DNA of 64,000 nt from positions 9,488 to 73,487 of the forward strand of contig CAVVKN010000007.1 in assembly GCA_963748825.1 (NCBI GenBank), in the 5' to 3' direction. Origin of the DNA: Methanotrichaceae archaeon (GTDB taxonomy: Archaea; Halobacteriota; Methanosarcinia; Methanotrichales; Methanotrichaceae). Shown here in pieces: positions 8,736-18,251 of this stretch (within the stretch, counting starts at the first letter, position 1; each line of letters starts with the position of its first letter). A program made the translations under genes and the position numbers. The notes beneath the pieces are model-generated. The model did not search any database, was not told the DNA's origin, and saw nothing but the letters and a program-made list of their open reading frames with translations.

Positions 8736-9923
8736 ATGTCTGGAATGAATAATTACAGGAACTATGGATTGGCAATGCTATCGTTGTTCTTTTTGACCTT
8801 GAGCATTTCTTCCTCCATGGGGCAAGATGCATCGGAGAATAACTATCCGGGAGGAGCAACAATGATTCAGCCCGGTCAGGCAATACAGGACAGTATAAGC
8901 AAAGCCGGAGAGATCGATTATTTCGTGCTTCCCGTAGATACGTCAGGCATTGTTTCCATATCATTAGACGGTGTACCCGCAGATATGAGAGCGCGCCTGG
9001 TCCTCACCAACGAGTATACTGGCCTATGGACCGGCTCTGCGGCGGTGGCCGATAAGACTGCCACCAATGCGGGTGATTCCCTCGTCCTGGAGAAGGATTT
9101 GCTCGGACCCAGCGGTTACTGGATCGCTGTTTTTGATGCAGATGGCAAAGCCCACAATACGCCCTACTCTTTGACAGCAGACTTCCGCCCGGCACCTGAT
9201 ACCAACGAGCCAAATAACCTCATTGGAGATGCCACGATTGTAAAGCCCAACCAGGTAACTAAAGCCTACATCTGCCCAAGCAATGACGTGGATTACTATC
9301 GCCTGGATGTAAACTCATCTGGAATCCTGGCCCTGAAGGTTGATGACGTTCCAGAGAATTTAAGACCGCGCGTAGCCGTCACCAACGAATACACGGGACT
9401 ATGGACCGGCTCTGCGGCGGTGGCCGATAAGACTGCCACCAATGCGGGTGATTCCCTCGTCCTGGAGAAGGATTTGCTTGGACCCAGTGGCTACTGGATT
9501 GCCGTTTCAGATGCGGACGGCAAGGCCCAATCCGATCCACATACTCTGACTTTTGCATTCGAGCCGGCACCAGACGGCTACGAGCCCAACAATGATGTGG
9601 GCGATGCTGCCGAGGTCAAGCTGGAGCAGAGCCTTACTGCCTATGTCTGTCCCGGCAATGATATGGACTTCTACAAGCTTTTTATGAATACCCCAGGCGT
9701 TGTAACCTTCAAAATAGATGGCGTTCCTGAAGATATGAGGCCGTATCTCTCGATCCGGGATAAGAACAACCGCCAGATTGCTGATAAGGCTGCCACCAAT
9801 CCCGGAGACTCTCTGACTCTGGAAAAGGACTTGGGAGCGGGATGGAGCTATATCGCCGTATCGGATGCGGATAGTAAGGCACATAGCAAGCAATATGCTC
9901 TGACTTTAACTACGGTGTCTTAG
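8736..9923 (+). CDS. Secreted protein with three PPC-like (pre-peptidase C-terminal) beta-sandwich repeats
   Basis: Signal peptide; repeats with D.(N/Y)EPN and D.D(Y/F)Y motifs; no catalytic domain seen. Confidence 0.75.
   Translation: MSGMNNYRNYGLAMLSLFFLTLSISSSMGQDASENNYPGGATMIQPGQAIQDSISKAGEIDYFVLPVDTSGIVSISLDGVPADMRARLVLTNEYTGLWTGSAAVADKTATNAGDSLVLEKDLLGPSGYWIAVFDADGKAHNTPYSLTADFRPAPDTNEPNNLIGDATIVKPNQVTKAYICPSNDVDYYRLDVNSSGILALKVDDVPENLRPRVAVTNEYTGLWTGSAAVADKTATNAGDSLVLEKDLLGPSGYWIAVSDADGKAQSDPHTLTFAFEPAPDGYEPNNDVGDAAEVKLEQSLTAYVCPGNDMDFYKLFMNTPGVVTFKIDGVPEDMRPYLSIRDKNNRQIADKAATNPGDSLTLEKDLGAGWSYIAVSDADSKAHSKQYALTLTTVS
9024..9478 (+). repeat. Exact 80-bp intragenic direct repeat (9024-9103 and 9399-9478)
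   Basis: ctatggaccggctctgcggcgg...ggagaaggatttgct is identical in both copies, offset 375 bp (125 codons). Confidence 0.95.
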
Positions 9924-9971
9924 ACAGATGTGATTAGAGGATGCTATTGATATTAGGGATGGGGAGGATCT

Positions 9972-12900
9972 ATGAGATGCATTTTGGTTATTAGCTTGGC
10001 AGTTGTTTTTGCTTCAATATTTCTGCCAATTTCGGCAGCAAAACTCCCATTACAGTCTTGTGACTGTAATGGGACTTATGAAGTAAATCAGTATTATACG
10101 ACGGAGGAAGGCAAACGAGTAGATGGGCCTAAATTTTACCTTCAGTTAGAGGATAATTCTGCAGGTGGACGATTATCCCCTCATATGGTAAAAGGAAAGT
10201 CCAATGGAGTAAGCTTTGAGGGATATGCTGTGAATGCCTATGAAGGCTATTATAATAGAGTTCAGACGTTTCTTAATGGCACTTTTTGGCCAGCCGTATA
10301 TCCTACCACTATTAAAACCAGGATTGAGCTCAATTTGTATGACAGCGATTGCACAACTATCAATGGATATTGGACAAATATCTACTCAGGGAATACTTAT
10401 GTTAATCTAGAAGGCAAACGAGCATCTAGCGGAACCACTACAGAAGAAACTATCAGTCCCTCTAATACTGAATTAGCCGTGGACAGGGTAAAAGATTCTG
10501 CGGGAAATGACGATGTATCTAATCCGCTAGCTATTATTATCAGCTTGAAAGAGAATGAAAACCTGGTTCCTAATGCCAAGCTGAAGGTTCATGCCTTCAA
10601 TCTGCCTGGAAACGATGAAAAGCTGGCTGATTACTTTACAGTTAGCAGTTGCACCAATTGTTTCTGGGGCTCCAAGGGAGACAAAAAGATCGCCTTGATT
10701 TGCGATGGCTTCAAGCCGATAAGTCCGGACAGCGGAGGGCCTTTACTGGGGCCAACTTCGAACCCAGGCAGTTCTGGATCATTTGAACCTAACTGCCCGC
10801 TTAAGCAGACCCCATTGGAGGTGGTCACGGATGGAAATGGAATGGCGAAATTGGAATTCTTCCTTGATCTTGCGCAATTAGGTGATCAAGCTCCACGAAA
10901 GGGCCAGCCACTCTCAATTCCCGTAAAGGTTGAATATTGGGGCAAGGACGGCGCAAAGAAGATCGCTGAAAAAGAGATAGATCTTAATCTGGATTATGTA
11001 GGAGTAGTGGAAGGAATTACCTATGAGGCGCCGCCCGAATTGGATCGATTAACTGGAGATACCGTAATAGATTCGATAACTGGTAAACCCAAGGAGCAGA
11101 AAACAGGCAATCTAGTTGATTATTCAGGTGATCCGGGCACGAGTGCAGGATTAAACAGGTCCGATAGGGTCAGGATATCTGAAGAAGCCAAGCTGCTTCC
11201 GGAGGGAGTACCCACTGGAAGGCCGCTCAAAGTCAAAGATAAATTGTATGTAGATGATAAGATATTAATTAATGCTGAGAACCTCAAAGTGACAAGAGGA
11301 AACATGGTAATGTCTGGGGGCCTCTGGGTTAGAATGCGGTTCTTTGACGGATTTGTGGGGAAAGTGGGAGTGAGCGGCAATGTGCCCTCGCATGTGGTTG
11401 TCATAGGGCCAACCCCGGAGAAGACTGGTTTCACCAGTTGGACATCAAGTTTCATCCATTGGGGCTCAATGATTGGCTCTGAAATAGATTCAAGGGCAAA
11501 TCCAAAGTCATACATGATAAAAGCAGGCATGAAACAAATAGCTCCCGAGCTTGTTCCCTATTATTCAGCCTATTCGAAGGGAAAGAAGATAAAAGAAGTT
11601 GTCGAATTGATCTATGAGATGAAGCCCGTATACATCAGTGTAGAATCAGCAATAGCGGTTGATTACAATGATCAGGGGCAGATGCTGGTCACAACCCGTG
11701 AAGGAAATGCGACCATATACACAGAGGCTACTGGTGAGGAAGGCTTTGCAGTCCCTGCTGGCAAGACCGCGGTCATCCCGTCTGATTTAATGCCAATCCT
11801 GAATGATACCGATGTCAAGACCGCCCAGGATGCCGATGATCTCCTAGCAGACCTAGAAGATCCTTTCGCTTCCTCTCCTGTATTTACCGGATCAGGAGCA
11901 TCTGCCTTGGGAGGTGCATCGGAAGGTGCATCGAGCACCAATGGCACTGCTCCTGGATCGGACGGTGCAGGAATGCCTGGCGCAGGCAACGCCACTGGTG
12001 AAAATGCCACAGCAAGCTCAGGAGGCGGCGTAACCACTGCAGGTGGCTCAAATACCCCTGGTGTTTCAGGCGCAGGAACCTCAACAACAACGACAAGCCC
12101 TAGCAACAACAATCAGATTGGAGATGCTTCCGAGATCATGCTCTCTCAGCCTGTTGGCCAGGTCATCAATCCGGCCGGCTCCAGCAACTTCTATCGGTTC
12201 CATGCTGAAACTTCAGGAATCCTGGAGCTTAAGCTGGAGAGCATTCCCAAGGATATGAGGCCTGAAATCCATTTGCGCGATAAAAACTTTGGAGAGATTG
12301 CTTATAAATCCGCCTCCAATCCGGGAGATTCTCTCAGATTGGAGAGGGATATACTCGGGCCGGGCTGGTTTTATATCGAGGTCAGAGACCAGGATGGAAA
12401 AGCTCACAGTGAGTCCTATGCATTGAAGACGTCTTTCCAGCCCGCCCCTGACCGGTACGAGCCCAATCCTAACTTCTTCCGGTCTGCTGAGGTTAAATCT
12501 GCCCAGACGGTCGATGCTTACATCTGCCCAGGCGGAGATGAGGACTACTACAGGATCTATGCAGATACCTCAGGAATCATCGAGCTGAAGCTGGAGGCAG
12601 TCCCCAAGGATATGAAATCAGAGATATCGATCCGTGATATGAGCTCTACCCAGACAGCCTATGCTTCGGCCTCCAATGCAGGAGATAAGGTCCGCCTTGA
12701 GAAGGATGTGCAGGGGCCGGGTTGGTTCTACATCATGGTCAGAGATCTAAACGGAAAGGCATATAGTGAGCCGTATTCTCTGGCGGTCTCGTTCAAACCA
12801 GCTGCAGATCAGTATGAGCCCAACCCCAACTTTTTTAGGGCTACGGAGATTGCCCTGGGCCAATCGATCAACGCTTACATCTGCCCTGGTGGAGACGAGG

Positions 12901-13166
12901 ACTACTATAAGCTTCGGGTGGACGGCCAAAAGATACTGAACATCAAGCTAGAAAACGTCCCTGCGGATATGAAATCAGAGATATCCATCCGCGATAAGAG
13001 TTCCAGCCAGATAGCCTTTGCTTCGGCTTCCAATCCCGGAGACAAGGTTCGTCTGGAGAAGGATGTGCAGGGGCCAGGTTGGTTCTACATTATGGTCCGA
13101 GACCTAAATGGAAAGGCCTACAGTGAGCCGTACACCATTGCCATCAATGCAGGAGCAAGCGCATAG
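9972..13166 (+). CDS. Large secreted modular protein (1064 aa): unique N-terminus, Gly/Ser/Thr linker, three C-terminal PPC-like repeats
   Basis: Signal peptide; low-complexity GSGASALGG...STTTTSPS linker; repeats with D.YEPNPN and CPGGDEDYY resembling those of the upstream gene. Confidence 0.75.
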   Translation: MRCILVISLAVVFASIFLPISAAKLPLQSCDCNGTYEVNQYYTTEEGKRVDGPKFYLQLEDNSAGGRLSPHMVKGKSNGVSFEGYAVNAYEGYYNRVQTFLNGTFWPAVYPTTIKTRIELNLYDSDCTTINGYWTNIYSGNTYVNLEGKRASSGTTTEETISPSNTELAVDRVKDSAGNDDVSNPLAIIISLKENENLVPNAKLKVHAFNLPGNDEKLADYFTVSSCTNCFWGSKGDKKIALICDGFKPISPDSGGPLLGPTSNPGSSGSFEPNCPLKQTPLEVVTDGNGMAKLEFFLDLAQLGDQAPRKGQPLSIPVKVEYWGKDGAKKIAEKEIDLNLDYVGVVEGITYEAPPELDRLTGDTVIDSITGKPKEQKTGNLVDYSGDPGTSAGLNRSDRVRISEEAKLLPEGVPTGRPLKVKDKLYVDDKILINAENLKVTRGNMVMSGGLWVRMRFFDGFVGKVGVSGNVPSHVVVIGPTPEKTGFTSWTSSFIHWGSMIGSEIDSRANPKSYMIKAGMKQIAPELVPYYSAYSKGKKIKEVVELIYEMKPVYISVESAIAVDYNDQGQMLVTTREGNATIYTEATGEEGFAVPAGKTAVIPSDLMPILNDTDVKTAQDADDLLADLEDPFASSPVFTGSGASALGGASEGASSTNGTAPGSDGAGMPGAGNATGENATASSGGGVTTAGGSNTPGVSGAGTSTTTTSPSNNNQIGDASEIMLSQPVGQVINPAGSSNFYRFHAETSGILELKLESIPKDMRPEIHLRDKNFGEIAYKSASNPGDSLRLERDILGPGWFYIEVRDQDGKAHSESYALKTSFQPAPDRYEPNPNFFRSAEVKSAQTVDAYICPGGDEDYYRIYADTSGIIELKLEAVPKDMKSEISIRDMSSTQTAYASASNAGDKVRLEKDVQGPGWFYIMVRDLNGKAYSEPYSLAVSFKPAADQYEPNPNFFRATEIALGQSINAYICPGGDEDYYKLRVDGQKILNIKLENVPADMKSEISIRDKSSSQIAFASASNPGDKVRLEKDVQGPGWFYIMVRDLNGKAYSEPYTIAINAGASA

Positions 13167-13308
13167 AGACAATTTTGGATCGAGGACGTGATCATCCTCC
13201 TGGCGAGGATTCACGCCTCAACCATTTTTCGCCTGGAAAAAGAGATTGTTGTGCTGATCGGCAAATCGTGACATGTGTAATTATTAAGCTAAAGTGTGCA
13301 AAAGATGC

Positions 13309-13749
13309 CTATTCTCTATCTGCATTATCTGGTTTTATCCCCTCTCGTTCTAATGCCTTTAGCCATTTTCTATCTTCATTGCTCAGCCGTCTCTCATACA
13401 GAGTTCCGATAGCCAGAAATTTGCTGCTCAGTCCGTCCCAAGATCGATCCAAAGACCGGGGCAAAAGAGTTCGTCGTCCTTTGCCCTTGCTTGAATTGCA
13501 TACAACGCAACAGGCAACAAGATTATCCAGAGTGTCGAATCCGCCTTCATCTTCCGATTTTATATGATCAACGGTTGCACCACTACTTTTCAGAGGTTCC
13601 TCTTTCCAGTGGGCATCCCACTGATTATTGCCTGGTTCATGCATGTCAAGTACCTTAATGGCCTGGGCCAAGAATAATCGAGCACCACAATATCGACATA
13701 TAAAGCCGTCACGAACGAGCACGTTAGCTTTTGTGTTTATATTCGGCAT
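13309..13749 (-). CDS. Stand-alone HNH endonuclease
   Basis: RDGFICRYCG...TVDHI...GG...DNLVACCVVCNSSKG. Start moved to ATG 13749 because the ORF-track extension overlaps ubiA. Confidence 0.85.
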   Translation of the reverse strand: MPNINTKANVLVRDGFICRYCGARLFLAQAIKVLDMHEPGNNQWDAHWKEEPLKSSGATVDHIKSEDEGGFDTLDNLVACCVVCNSSKGKGRRTLLPRSLDRSWDGLSSKFLAIGTLYERRLSNEDRKWLKALEREGIKPDNADRE

Positions 13750-13814
13750 CGAATCCTCCTGGTTCCCAATTGTGGCCACCCTGTTCTCAATTTGCGTCCT
13801 ACTCTTGGGCACTT

Positions 13815-14738
13815 TCAGAGCCCTCCCCCCAGAGACAGCCCCGCTTGCAGCAGCACATCGGCAATTATGGCCGCAAAAAGCACAGCACGGTAGTTGGCTG
13901 ACTGGTAGAACAGCTGCTCCCCCCTCTGGGCCGTCGGGTGGCGCACGAAGTCCAGATTCTGTAGCAGAAGCCAGCCACCTGCTGCAGACGCAGCGGCCAG
14001 GTAGAGCCATCCCAGATTCGCAGCAAGGCCCAGGGCTAGAGAGAGAATGATCCCGATGATCCAAAAGCCAGCCACCATCTTGGCCGTGGCCGCAATTCCA
14101 AAGGTAGCGGGGGTTGTAGGAATGCCTTTCTCTTTATCGCCAGCCACATCTCTTGAGGCATCGCAGTTTGTAAAGCCCCAATCGGTGATGACGATCATGG
14201 CCGCCAGGATCAGGGCTGCAGGATGCAGGCCCGGTCCGGATTTGAGAAGACCGGCCGGTTCCAGTGCCAGCCAGACGCCCAGGGGCACCAGGCCGAAGGA
14301 CAGCCCCACAAAGATCCAGGAGAAGGGCGTATTTCTCTTGGCCCAGGCGGAATAAATGGTGATGAGCAGCGTAGCGGCCAGGAGGATCGCAAAGCTCTCC
14401 GGGTTGAGGTATAGGGCCACAGCTGCAGCTACAAGAAAAAGAAATAGCGACCAGAGCGAAGCCTCGCGCTTGCTCAGCATGGCCGAAGGCAGGGGACGAC
14501 TCGGCATAGCGATGCTGTCCACGTCGATGTCGCAGCAATCGTTGTAGACATAGGAGCTGGTGATGGCACAGTAGGCTCCAATGGCGGCTATGATAAATGG
14601 CAGCAAAGCTGGCAGGGCCCCCTCCACGGCGTAAACGGCTAGTAGGGCAGCGGCTGCGGGCATGGCCAGATCCATTGCCGCGAGGGGCGGGCGTAGCAGC
14701 TCGATATGTGCCCTGAATCTGGAAAGGCTTTGATGCAT
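13815..14738 (-). CDS. UbiA-family prenyltransferase
   Basis: YVYNDCCDIDVD...PSRPLPS first Asp-rich motif, DASRDVAGD second motif, multiple TM segments; ATG abuts the pgi TGA. Confidence 0.9.
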   Translation of the reverse strand: MHQSLSRFRAHIELLRPPLAAMDLAMPAAAALLAVYAVEGALPALLPFIIAAIGAYCAITSSYVYNDCCDIDVDSIAMPSRPLPSAMLSKREASLWSLFLFLVAAAVALYLNPESFAILLAATLLITIYSAWAKRNTPFSWIFVGLSFGLVPLGVWLALEPAGLLKSGPGLHPAALILAAMIVITDWGFTNCDASRDVAGDKEKGIPTTPATFGIAATAKMVAGFWIIGIILSLALGLAANLGWLYLAAASAAGGWLLLQNLDFVRHPTAQRGEQLFYQSANYRAVLFAAIIADVLLQAGLSLGGGL

Positions 14739-15473
14739 TCAGATGAGCCCCGCGAAGAGCTCCAGATGCTCCTCGGGCTTTGTCAGGTAATCCAGAAGAC
14801 CTGGCTCCCTTAGCGATGGATACATCTCCCGGCCCTTGGCCAGCCCGAGTTTGCGAAGGCTCGAGCTGTCGGGCGCTTGCACCCGGCGCAGCTGTGCCGC
14901 CTCAGGGCATCGATCGTTCTTTGTCCAGCCCTCCCTGGTGAAAAAGTAAGCTCCCCCAGCCTTCTCCTTGTAGGGATCGTAAAGCGATGAGAAGTTCCTG
15001 GCCACGAAGTTGGCCATCTTCAGCGTCTTATTGGAGCGGTTTATGGTGATGTGGCCGTAACCGGGCGGCACGAGGACCTTGTCACTCGCTGAGGCGTAGA
15101 CCGCTACCACATCGCTGAGGTCCTGGTTTTGCAGAAGGTAAAGTGCTTCACCTTCTATTACCTCGTAAAGCTCCGGGTAGGTGACGCTGCCACCGGGCAC
15201 AAGCGGATGGTAATGGCCGGCCGTCTTGATGTATTCGCGACCGAGCATGTTTGGTGGAATAATAGTGATATCATAACGTAGATCCTGCTGTAGGAGCTTC
15301 TCTTTATCTGCCCGGCTCAAGGAAAGGTCGCGATACATGTAATAAAGCTCAAAGTCCTCTGCTCCGGCAAGCCAGCTTTGATCAAAGATCACTCCCTTCA
15401 TATCGATTAGCCGACGAACGTCGCCATCTAGTCCCTTGCCACCAAATTCAAGTTGCATCTTTTCTGTCACCAA
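14739..15473 (-). CDS. pgi: Glucose-6-phosphate isomerase, archaeal cupin type
   Basis: YYMYRD, LRYDITIIP, KTAGHYH, YPELYEV and PPGYGHITIN cupin motifs. Confidence 0.88.
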   Translation of the reverse strand: MVTEKMQLEFGGKGLDGDVRRLIDMKGVIFDQSWLAGAEDFELYYMYRDLSLSRADKEKLLQQDLRYDITIIPPNMLGREYIKTAGHYHPLVPGGSVTYPELYEVIEGEALYLLQNQDLSDVVAVYASASDKVLVPPGYGHITINRSNKTLKMANFVARNFSSLYDPYKEKAGGAYFFTREGWTKNDRCPEAAQLRRVQAPDSSSLRKLGLAKGREMYPSLREPGLLDYLTKPEEHLELFAGLI

Positions 15474-15629
15474 ATGATAATGAGGATTTTCAGGATTAAA
15501 TACGATCGCATTTTCGGCCGATCTTCTCTTTCCAGTAAAAGAGTAAAAGCACAGCTAAGGTCGGCCAATTCAAAGGCGATATTTAGTCCTTCATCCGGAT
15601 CTACCGGATATCTTCAGTTGTCCTGGTTT

Positions 15630-16079
15630 TTAGCAGGCCTGTGGGCTGGTGATGGTAAAGTACTCTGTGAGCACCTTCCTGTAGTCCACAATCACATCCA
15701 CCTTCCAGGTTCCCGGCAGGCGGGCGACGTCTGTTCCCTTGATCTTAAGGCAGCTCCAGACTGGTGCGGCCCACATTCCCGTAAATCCATCGATGGGCGG
15801 TATGGTGCTGAAAGACCGGGCATATGTCCTGCCCTCCGGCCAGTACCATCTCCACTCTACGCTGTGTACCTTGGCGTCCCGCCAGATGAGCAGCCAGGAG
15901 GCGACCTGCTCGTCATTGGAGGTATATGTATACGTCCTGTAAAGCGGCATACCGTTCGGGCTGATCTCTTTGGCGATGGTATGTTCGGAAAGCGGAAAGA
16001 ACATGGGATGGGATGCTTGACCTACCCCGCCCATGAGCAAAACCGCCAGAACGACTATTGCTAGAACTCTTTCTCTCAT
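15630..16079 (-). CDS. Hypothetical secreted protein (Ig-like, inferred)
   Basis: Signal peptide MRERVLAIVVLAVLLMGGVGQA; Trp-rich beta pattern ending PGTWKVDV...LTEYFTI. Confidence 0.65.
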   Translation of the reverse strand: MRERVLAIVVLAVLLMGGVGQASHPMFFPLSEHTIAKEISPNGMPLYRTYTYTSNDEQVASWLLIWRDAKVHSVEWRWYWPEGRTYARSFSTIPPIDGFTGMWAAPVWSCLKIKGTDVARLPGTWKVDVIVDYRKVLTEYFTITSPQAC

Positions 16080-16285
16080 TGCTCCTCACCCATTACTCCG
16101 TAAGTTTATTGCGACCCTAATAGTATAATAATTAACTGTACCATAAAAAGATGACGATTGATAGGTGGGCGAAAATGTCTGAAGCCTTACTGGGCAGCAG
16201 CTGCAGCCCTTAAGAAATATGCTCCCGGATTTTTTAATAGACAATCCTCGCGAAGGCATTTTTTTACAGATATCTCTAGAAACTA

Positions 16286-16888
16286 TTAAACCAATAACGT
16301 GCTTATGCCCCGTTCTCTGGCAATTTCTCCAGGAAGATCTATCACGCTCGATGCGGCATCGATCACATTTCCGTCACTGGTGGCAACTATGGATCCGCAT
16401 ACCTTGAGCTGATGGTCGACATCCCTGGCGCACCTGGCCTCTCCTGGCAGATCCCGCTCTGCGATCAGTCCCCGCACCTCTTTGGCCAGTTCTCCGCTGC
16501 GGCTAATTTGCTGATCCAAGAGCACCTCTACGCGAGCAGGCCTGGCCTCAACCAGCAGATCCAAAATCTCGGAGAACGCGCAAACGGTAATCTTCGATGC
16601 TTTATAGCTTCTGAAAAATCCTCGCGTATCTCTCAGAAAGCCGTCGTCGCAGAGATAGACGGGATATCCGCCCAAGAGGCTCTCCGTGGTGATGAGGGTG
16701 TTGTATCCGTCTACGAACACCGCCCTGCCGCAGAGAGTATGCAGCCGCAGAGCTTTGGCCATTCTGCTTAGCGCCGTATCTGCAGAAACGATCGCCCTCA
16801 GGAGCACAAACCTCTGCTCCTCCGGCAGGCGGTGGTGATCGGAGACATAGCGAACTGCAGAGTCACTGGGATAGCCGCGATCTACCAA
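16286..16888 (-). CDS. DUF434-family protein (PIN/NYN-like C-terminal part)
   Basis: L.DRGY...AVRYVSDHHRL...R; VDGYNTLIT...L; FLRDTRG motifs. True start may be further upstream (see findings). Confidence 0.8.
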   Translation of the reverse strand: MVDRGYPSDSAVRYVSDHHRLPEEQRFVLLRAIVSADTALSRMAKALRLHTLCGRAVFVDGYNTLITTESLLGGYPVYLCDDGFLRDTRGFFRSYKASKITVCAFSEILDLLVEARPARVEVLLDQQISRSGELAKEVRGLIAERDLPGEARCARDVDHQLKVCGSIVATSDGNVIDAASSVIDLPGEIARERGISTLLV

Positions 16889-16914
16889 GTACCTGGCCTC
16901 CTGGGCAGCACGTT

Positions 16915-17448
16915 TCAGCTCAGCTCCCGTCTTTGCGCCGACCTTCTCACCTCCTGATAGAGATCCTTTCCATGGGCGTCTACGGCCACGATCATGGGGC
17001 CGAATTCTTTGGCCTCAAACTCCCAGAGGGACTCGGCCATGCCCAGTTCCGGCAGGTGCACGCCTCTTACCTGAAGCTGCTGGGCAGCGGCAGCGCCGCA
17101 GCCACCCGGATAGGCCAGATAGACGGCGCGGTTTTGGAAGGGCTCGCCGGGCAGGCCGCCCTTGCCAATGATGGCCCGTACTCCCAGGTCCAGGATCTCA
17201 TCCGTGTAGCGGGCCATGCGACCGCTGGTGGTCGGCCCGGCGGAAAGAACCCGGTTGTCCAAGATGAGTGGACCGCAGTGATAGAGGGCGGCCCCCTCGA
17301 GGGAGACGGGGCATCCCACCCGGCGCATAAGGGCGTGGGCTTTGTCGCGAGCGGTGAAGAGCGGCCCGCTCAGAAATACCACATCTCCGGCCACGAGCTT
17401 TTCCACATCCGCGTCCGAAAGAGGCGTATGGAGATGGTACTCGGTCAT
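16915..17448 (-). CDS. Fe-S fumarate hydratase/tartrate dehydratase, beta subunit
   Basis: LSGPLFTARDKAH, YHCGP, AGPTTSGRM, IIGKGG, ELGMAE, FGPMIVAVDAHG; ATG 17448 overlaps the alpha stop (ATGA). Confidence 0.9.
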   Translation of the reverse strand: MTEYHLHTPLSDADVEKLVAGDVVFLSGPLFTARDKAHALMRRVGCPVSLEGAALYHCGPLILDNRVLSAGPTTSGRMARYTDEILDLGVRAIIGKGGLPGEPFQNRAVYLAYPGGCGAAAAQQLQVRGVHLPELGMAESLWEFEAKEFGPMIVAVDAHGKDLYQEVRRSAQRRELS

Positions 17449-18251
17449 TGGATCACCTCCGTTGCAGAGCGGTTGGCCCAGCACTGAAAGTTTATGGCCA
17501 CGGGCAAAGAGGCGGTGTGGCAAAAGGCCTTCTCGATTTTTATGCCAAGAGCTGTCGTTTCCCCGCCCAGACCCATGGGACCGATGCCGAGTGAATTGAT
17601 CCTCTCCAAAAGCTGCAGCTCCTCCTGGGATTCGCCGGGCATGTTGAGCAGAGCCCGCTTGGCCAGGCGCGCTGCCAGGTCGAAGCTGCCGCCCAGGCCA
17701 ATGCCCAGGAAGAGGGGCGGACAGGCATTGGCGGCGCGCTCGGCGACGCTCCTCACAATGAAATCAAAGGGATCGTCGGCGGGATTGAGCATGCCAACCA
17801 GGCTCATGTTCTCCGAACCTGCCCCTTTGGGAAAGGCGGTGAGCTGCAGGCCCCTGCCATCTACATAATCCAGAATAATGTCGGGCATGCCGGGGCCGGT
17901 GTTATCCCCGCTGTTCTGGCGGGTCTGAGGATGGACGGCGTTGGGGCGAAGCGGGATCTTTTTTGTGGCGATTCTTACGCCCTCAGCTATTGCTTCAGAA
18001 AGGCTGAAGTCCAAAATCAGGTCGCGGCCCATCTGCACATGAAAGACTGCAAGGCCCGTGTCCTGGCAGAGGGGCAACCCCCTTTCCCCGGCGATCAACA
18101 CATTCTCCAGCATGAACTGCAGATGGTGCCTGGCGAGGGGATGGCTCTCCCTGGCAGCTGCCTTTTCGATTCTCTGCAGGACCCAGTCGGGCAGAGACGT
18201 CTCCGCTCTTTGCAGGGCACGCACCGTGGCCTCTACCACCTTCTCTCTCAT
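17445..18251 (-). CDS. Fe-S fumarate hydratase/tartrate dehydratase, alpha subunit
   Basis: PLCQDTG, LRPNAV, PKGAGSEN, ACPP..LGIGLGG, GIGPMGLGG, CHTASLPVA and CWANR motifs. Confidence 0.92.
   Translation of the reverse strand: MREKVVEATVRALQRAETSLPDWVLQRIEKAAARESHPLARHHLQFMLENVLIAGERGLPLCQDTGLAVFHVQMGRDLILDFSLSEAIAEGVRIATKKIPLRPNAVHPQTRQNSGDNTGPGMPDIILDYVDGRGLQLTAFPKGAGSENMSLVGMLNPADDPFDFIVRSVAERAANACPPLFLGIGLGGSFDLAARLAKRALLNMPGESQEELQLLERINSLGIGPMGLGGETTALGIKIEKAFCHTASLPVAINFQCWANRSATEVIQ

Noticed and set aside
13750-14064. 105-aa N-terminal extension of the HNH ORF
   Set aside because: Overlaps the ubiA 3' end in another frame; the HNH pattern starts at ATG 13749.
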